Below are positions 62,223 to 64,000 of a stretch of 64,000 nt of DNA, one piece after another (within the stretch, counting starts at the first letter, position 1; each line of letters opens with the position of its first letter). A program made the position numbers and the translations under genes. Where the stretch lies: NCBI GenBank assembly GCA_965247095.1, contig OZ251997.1, positions 2,016,001 to 2,080,000 of the forward strand. The letters are read 5' to 3'. The notes below the pieces were generated by a model. It was not told the origin of the DNA and made no database searches. It saw nothing but the letters and a program-made list of their open reading frames with translations. The DNA is from Candidatus Multivorans sp. GTDB taxonomy: Bacteria; Acidobacteriota; Thermoanaerobaculia; Multivoradales; Multivoraceae.

Positions 62223-63083
62223 ATGCGCACCCTCATCTGCCTCGTTTCGGCCCTCGTCAGCTCGGCGGTCGTGGCCCAGGACCACCGCCTGACAGCGGCG
62301 CGGCTCGACGGCGACGTGCTGCGCCTGCAAGCAAGCGATGGCCTGCAGGTGCTACGGCACTTCCAACTGCCGAATCCACCGCGCGTGGTGCTCGACCTGT
62401 TCGGACTCGACGGATCCCTCGCCGAAATGCCGGCGCCGCCCTCCACGAGCCCCGCAGTGGAGTTGCGTACCGGCGAGCATCCCGAGTTCCTGCGAGTGGT
62501 CGTCGATCTCAAGGAGGCTCTGCCGACCTATCAGGTCCGCCAACAGGGCAGTTCCATCGAGGTCGGACTCGGCAGCGCGGCGCTGCCGCCATCGGGTACC
62601 GGCGTCATGATCGAAGCGGCGCCGGTTCCGGGCAAGCCGGCCGCTCCACGCTCGACGCCGGCGCCCGTCGTGGCAGTCGGTGTGGAGGCTTCTCCCGGCG
62701 ACGAGGCGGTCGCCACCGCAGCCACGCAACCGTCCGCGACGGCGGCGATCGCGATCGGCACGAAGAGCTTCGACGATCTGTCCACGGAAGAACTGCTGGC
62801 GCTGATCGAAGCGGAACTCAAGGCCGCCGGGCTCGACCAGGAGCAGTCCGCGGAGGAACTCATCGAGCAGGTCGAGGCCGAACTGAACGCGAACAGTCGT
62901 AGACCGTCCACGAGCATCCCACCACCAGCCCGCGAAGCGCCCACCGCAGCAGAACGGCGTCTCCTCCGAACCCCGCGGCGATCCCCGACGCCTCCGCCCG
63001 CAGACGGCGAAGAGCGGCCGCCCTTCCAGTTCGTCGACGAAGAACCGGCCGAGACGCCGCCACCCGACGACGGCGACTCCTAG
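62223..63083 (+). CDS. AMIN-domain-like exported protein with low-complexity tail
   Basis: Signal peptide; F.LPNPPRVVLDL and LR.G....LRVVVDL motifs. Confidence 0.7.
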   Translation: MRTLICLVSALVSSAVVAQDHRLTAARLDGDVLRLQASDGLQVLRHFQLPNPPRVVLDLFGLDGSLAEMPAPPSTSPAVELRTGEHPEFLRVVVDLKEALPTYQVRQQGSSIEVGLGSAALPPSGTGVMIEAAPVPGKPAAPRSTPAPVVAVGVEASPGDEAVATAATQPSATAAIAIGTKSFDDLSTEELLALIEAELKAAGLDQEQSAEELIEQVEAELNANSRRPSTSIPPPAREAPTAAERRLLRTPRRSPTPPPADGEERPPFQFVDEEPAETPPPDDGDS

Positions 63084-63084
63084 G

Positions 63085-63135
63085 AGTCGAGTCGCGGCGT
63101 CCGCGCCGCGCTGACGCACAGGGAACAGGGCTTGT
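63085..63135 (+). mobile_element. family-B palindromic element, partial copy
   Basis: Matches the reverse complement of the 59-bp unit over 51 nt with 2 mismatches; TAGGAG at 63081-86 and 63135-40. Confidence 0.85.
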
Positions 63136-63488
63136 AGGAGGCCGCGCATCAACGACCTCATGATCCAGAGCGCTGCCGCGATACACGCCAGCTTGAAGTA
63201 GAAGACCGGATTGGTCAGGGCCTTCGCGGGGTAAGCCATGAGCAACAGGAACCCCGACGCCGTGACCACCGCGAGGCTCGCCCAGAGCACCGGCAGGTAG
63301 CGACGCATCAGCGACAGCGGGATACCCGGAGCGACGCCGAGGATCCGCAGATCCGTCGCCACATGGACGCCGGCCACAAACGCCATCCCGATCGAATGGA
63401 AGACGAGGCTGGAGAAGAACGCCGGGCCGGACTCGCGCATCCAGGTGGAAAAGCGCGTCTCCTCCAGCCAGACAAGGACGTCGATCAA
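63136..63488 (-). pseudogene. DUF6644-like membrane protein whose 3' end is replaced by the family-B element
   Basis: WLE.T..S.W.RES, H..G, DLRILG, SGFLL..AYP.KAL.NP.F..KL; the frame then reads through the repeat and antisense to the AMIN gene. Confidence 0.55.
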
Positions 63489-63528
63489 CGTCCGAAACTC
63501 CGCCCACCACCAGCCAGCCGACTAGCGG

Positions 63529-64000
63529 CTACGAGCGGTGCTCCTCGATCCAGTCGTCCATGAGCTCTTCCAGAATGTTGAGCGGCACCGAGCCGTTGGC
63601 GAGCACGGCGTCGTGGAAGAGACGCACGTCGAAGTCGTCGCCGAGAGCTTCTTCGGCGCGCCCGCGCAGTTCGCGGATCTTGAGTTCACCCATCTTGTAG
63701 GCCAGCGCCTGACCCGGCCAACTGATGTAGCGGTCGGTCTCGGTCGTGATCTCATGCAGCGACAGCGCCGTGTTCTCGGCCAGGTAGTCGAGCATCTGCT
63801 GCCGCGACCAGCCGAAGGCGTGAACGCCGGTGTCGACCACGAGCCGGCAGGCGCGCCAGATCTCGTAGGTCAGACGGCCGAAGTTGCTGTACGGATCTTC
63901 GTAGAAGCCGGCCTCCAGGCCGAGGTACTCGGAGTACAACCCCCAGCCCTCGCCGAAGGCGGAGATGTAGTCGTGGCGCCGGAACTCGGGCCCGACGTCG
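63529..64000 (-). CDS. DUF885 family protein (C-terminal part)
   Basis: SAFGEGWGLYSE, WRACRLVVDTG.H, RYI.WPGQALAYKMG, FHD.VL.NG.VPL. Confidence 0.9.
   Translation of the reverse strand, partial: DVGPEFRRHDYISAFGEGWGLYSEYLGLEAGFYEDPYSNFGRLTYEIWRACRLVVDTGVHAFGWSRQQMLDYLAENTALSLHEITTETDRYISWPGQALAYKMGELKIRELRGRAEEALGDDFDVRLFHDAVLANGSVPLNILEELMDDWIEEHRS

Noticed and set aside
62352-63084. C-terminal two-thirds of the 378-aa minus ORF
   Set aside because: Antisense to the AMIN-domain gene after loss of the native stop

Overview
GC-rich bacterial chromosome window. The gene content (Oar-type TonB receptor, carboxypeptidase-regulatory-like repeat protein, FN3/Calx-beta/PKD surface protein, expanded Uma2 family) suggests an Acidobacteriota, possibly a host-associated Thermoanaerobaculia-like lineage; this is inference only. 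The housekeeping backbone includes rsmE, aroC, deoC plus two aldehyde dehydrogenases, murA (Cys-to-Asp form), lhr, LysR-gltBD, larA and hemB. Accessory material is interspersed: an orphan HTH-fused DNA methyltransferase, a decayed XamI-type restriction-modification locus, a disrupted HEPN gene, a DDE insertion sequence, vapBC, three Uma2 genes and several frameshifted genes. The most notable signal is two families of small palindromic non-autonomous repeats acting on genes. Family A is REP-like and occurs as single copies, a 5x tandem array, a ~100-bp three-hairpin composite present as an inverted pair around murA and a Trp-rich secreted protein, and a degenerate copy translated in frame inside lhr. 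Family B is a 59-bp two-hairpin unit inserted twice, head to tail, into the HEPN gene, where exact removal restores the reading frame, and once at the 3' end of another gene; both copies lie next to TAGGAG. No rRNA, tRNA or CRISPR array was seen.
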